In this document: one piece after another, positions 62,647 through 64,000 of the stretch
Position numbering within the stretch: the stretch's first letter is position 1
Layout of the letters: each line of letters starts with the position of its first letter
NCBI GenBank assembly: GCA_031362565.1
Contig: JANLSU010000039.1
Location: 32,001 to 96,000, forward strand
Length of the DNA stretch: 64,000 nucleotides
Source of the DNA: a bacterium
GTDB lineage: Bacteria; Krumholzibacteriota; Krumholzibacteriia; G020349025
Direction of reading: 5' to 3'
The notes under the pieces: generated by a model
Told to the model about the DNA's origin: nothing
Database searches by the model: none
Seen by the model: the letters and a program-made list of their open reading frames with translations, nothing else
Made by a program: the position numbers and the translations under genes

Positions 62647-63995
62647 CAGAACCGCGTCGCGCTCGTGAAACGGAACCCGTCGGCCACGAGCGGCGGCGCG
62701 ACCGCGAGATTCGTGGCTTCGGGCCGGCCGAGAGCGCGCACATTGCGCAGCACTTCCAACACGCTTTGATTGAAGCGTAGGTTCAAGACCGCGTGTCGCA
62801 CCCGCCCCTCCTCGATCCAGTACGTGCCGTCGCGCGTCATGCCGGTCACCACCAGGTCCCGGGCCTCGACGACGCGCGAGTACCACAGCCGCGTCACGAG
62901 AAGTCCCCGCTCGACGCCCGCCGCGAGATCTGCCGCCGTCCCATCGCCGCCCTCGAGCACCAGATGGCTGGCGGCAGCGCCGTCCGGCGACGGCACGCGC
63001 AGGCCATGCCCCGTGGGCGCGACACCGTGGCGGGCAGCGGACGCGCGATCATAGACCATTCGGCGGGCGGCGCCTGCCTCCACCAGGAGCACGGCGTCGG
63101 TCGGCCAGCCCTCGGCATCGAACGGCGTCGACTGGTGGAGGGCGTGGTACGGGTCGTCCCAGAGCCGGAGGCTCGGCGCAAACAGTGGCGTCCCGAAGCG
63201 TTCCGAGAGGCAGCTCCGGCCCTCATCGACGACCGTCGCGGCGAATTCCGGCGTCAGGAAGGCCAGGAGGTCGGCCACTGCCGCAGGTTCCAGAAGCACA
63301 GTGTAGGAGCCCGGCGCGATCGCCTGCAGGGACTGGGCTGCGGCCGCCTTGTCGGCCGCCCGGCCGGCCAGCGCCGGCACGTCCACCTGGCCGGCGCTCC
63401 GGCCTGTGCCCTCGACCCAACCCGAGCCGTCCTTGCCCATGACCGTCGCCGACACCTGAAAGGTGGTGCCGGCGTGGAACGCCTCCAGGCCGCTGGAATT
63501 GACGATAGCGACCGCGCCCCGTTCGCCATAATCACCGACCCGGCCGCATACGGTGCGGACGAAACCCGCCGCGACCAGGTTCTTGGCGCGCGCCGCATCG
63601 ATGAACTCGGCGGCCGCGTCGGCGCGCGCCCCGGCGTCCAACCGCGCGGTCGCATCGTCGTAGGCTCCCGGCACCGGTCGATAGGCCTGCGGCCCGGCGA
63701 GCGACAAGACGTCGGCGCTCTCCGGCGCGAGGCGCGCGGCGCGTTCGGAGGTTTCGACCGCGGCGCGAATGCCGTCCGCATCCAAACGCGTCGTCGACGC
63801 CCGGCCCGTGCGCCGCCCCAGAAGGCTGCGCACCGAAATTTCGTACGACTCGCTCGCCATGCTCTGATGCACCTCGTTGGCAGCGAAGCGCGTCCACGCA
63901 TCATTGCCGCCGCCGAGCGTGACCTCGCAGGCGTCGGCCTTGGACGCGTCGAGTGCCGCGCGGCACCATTCGAGAGCCCGGTCACGATCCAGCAC
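62646..63995 (-). CDS. TldD/PmbA (TldE-like) family protein
   Basis: TRFAANEVHQ, PGSYTVLLEP.AV, PFDAEG, GLLVTRLWY, TGMTRDGT, NLRFNQS. The start may lie beyond the window end. Confidence 0.88.
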   Translation of the reverse strand: MLDRDRALEWCRAALDASKADACEVTLGGGNDAWTRFAANEVHQSMASESYEISVRSLLGRRTGRASTTRLDADGIRAAVETSERAARLAPESADVLSLAGPQAYRPVPGAYDDATARLDAGARADAAAEFIDAARAKNLVAAGFVRTVCGRVGDYGERGAVAIVNSSGLEAFHAGTTFQVSATVMGKDGSGWVEGTGRSAGQVDVPALAGRAADKAAAAQSLQAIAPGSYTVLLEPAAVADLLAFLTPEFAATVVDEGRSCLSERFGTPLFAPSLRLWDDPYHALHQSTPFDAEGWPTDAVLLVEAGAARRMVYDRASAARHGVAPTGHGLRVPSPDGAAASHLVLEGGDGTAADLAAGVERGLLVTRLWYSRVVEARDLVVTGMTRDGTYWIEEGRVRHAVLNLRFNQSVLEVLRNVRALGRPEATNLAVAPPLVADGFRFTSATRF

Positions 63996-64000
63996 GCGCC

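Noticed and set aside
62640..62700. ydaO c-di-AMP riboswitch before the KimA-like gene
   Set aside because: The start overlaps the TldD/PmbA stop (TGATG), so there is no leader.

Overview
High-GC, gene-dense bacterial chromosomal window with about 41 real CDSs. I saw no rRNA, tRNA, CRISPR array or transposase. Order: partial hutU, a REC-like/DUF3052 fusion, hutH, a GNAT, then DNA-repair genes (DinG-like helicase, ligA, YcaQ-like) and an esterase. Next is a long minus-strand envelope operon with type IX secretion (T9SS) genes: TamA/BamA-like protein, a ~1150-aa barrel, an NHL protein, an M6 protease with T9SS C-terminal domain, porV, and a diverged ~4.46-kb tandem duplication of trm112-porU. 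Then accA, dnaE, an M23 peptidase, PpiD/SurA, a GT-C-like protein and an MFS transporter. The highlight is an 8-gene minus-strand operon (45936-56131) that looks like a cytochrome-nanowire system. It encodes an NHL propeller, an OmcS-like hexaheme cytochrome that keeps the His16-equivalent intersubunit ligand, a heptaheme cytochrome, a beta-barrel, two PelC/CsgG-like lipoproteins, a DUF2155-like protein and a 42-heme cytochrome, behind a sigma54-like promoter. The T9SS genes suggest an FCB-group host rather than a Geobacter relative (inference). The window ends with VOC, DAACS symporter, Prx6, hydrolase, KimA-like and TldD/PmbA genes. All family calls come from motif recognition by eye; no database searches were run.
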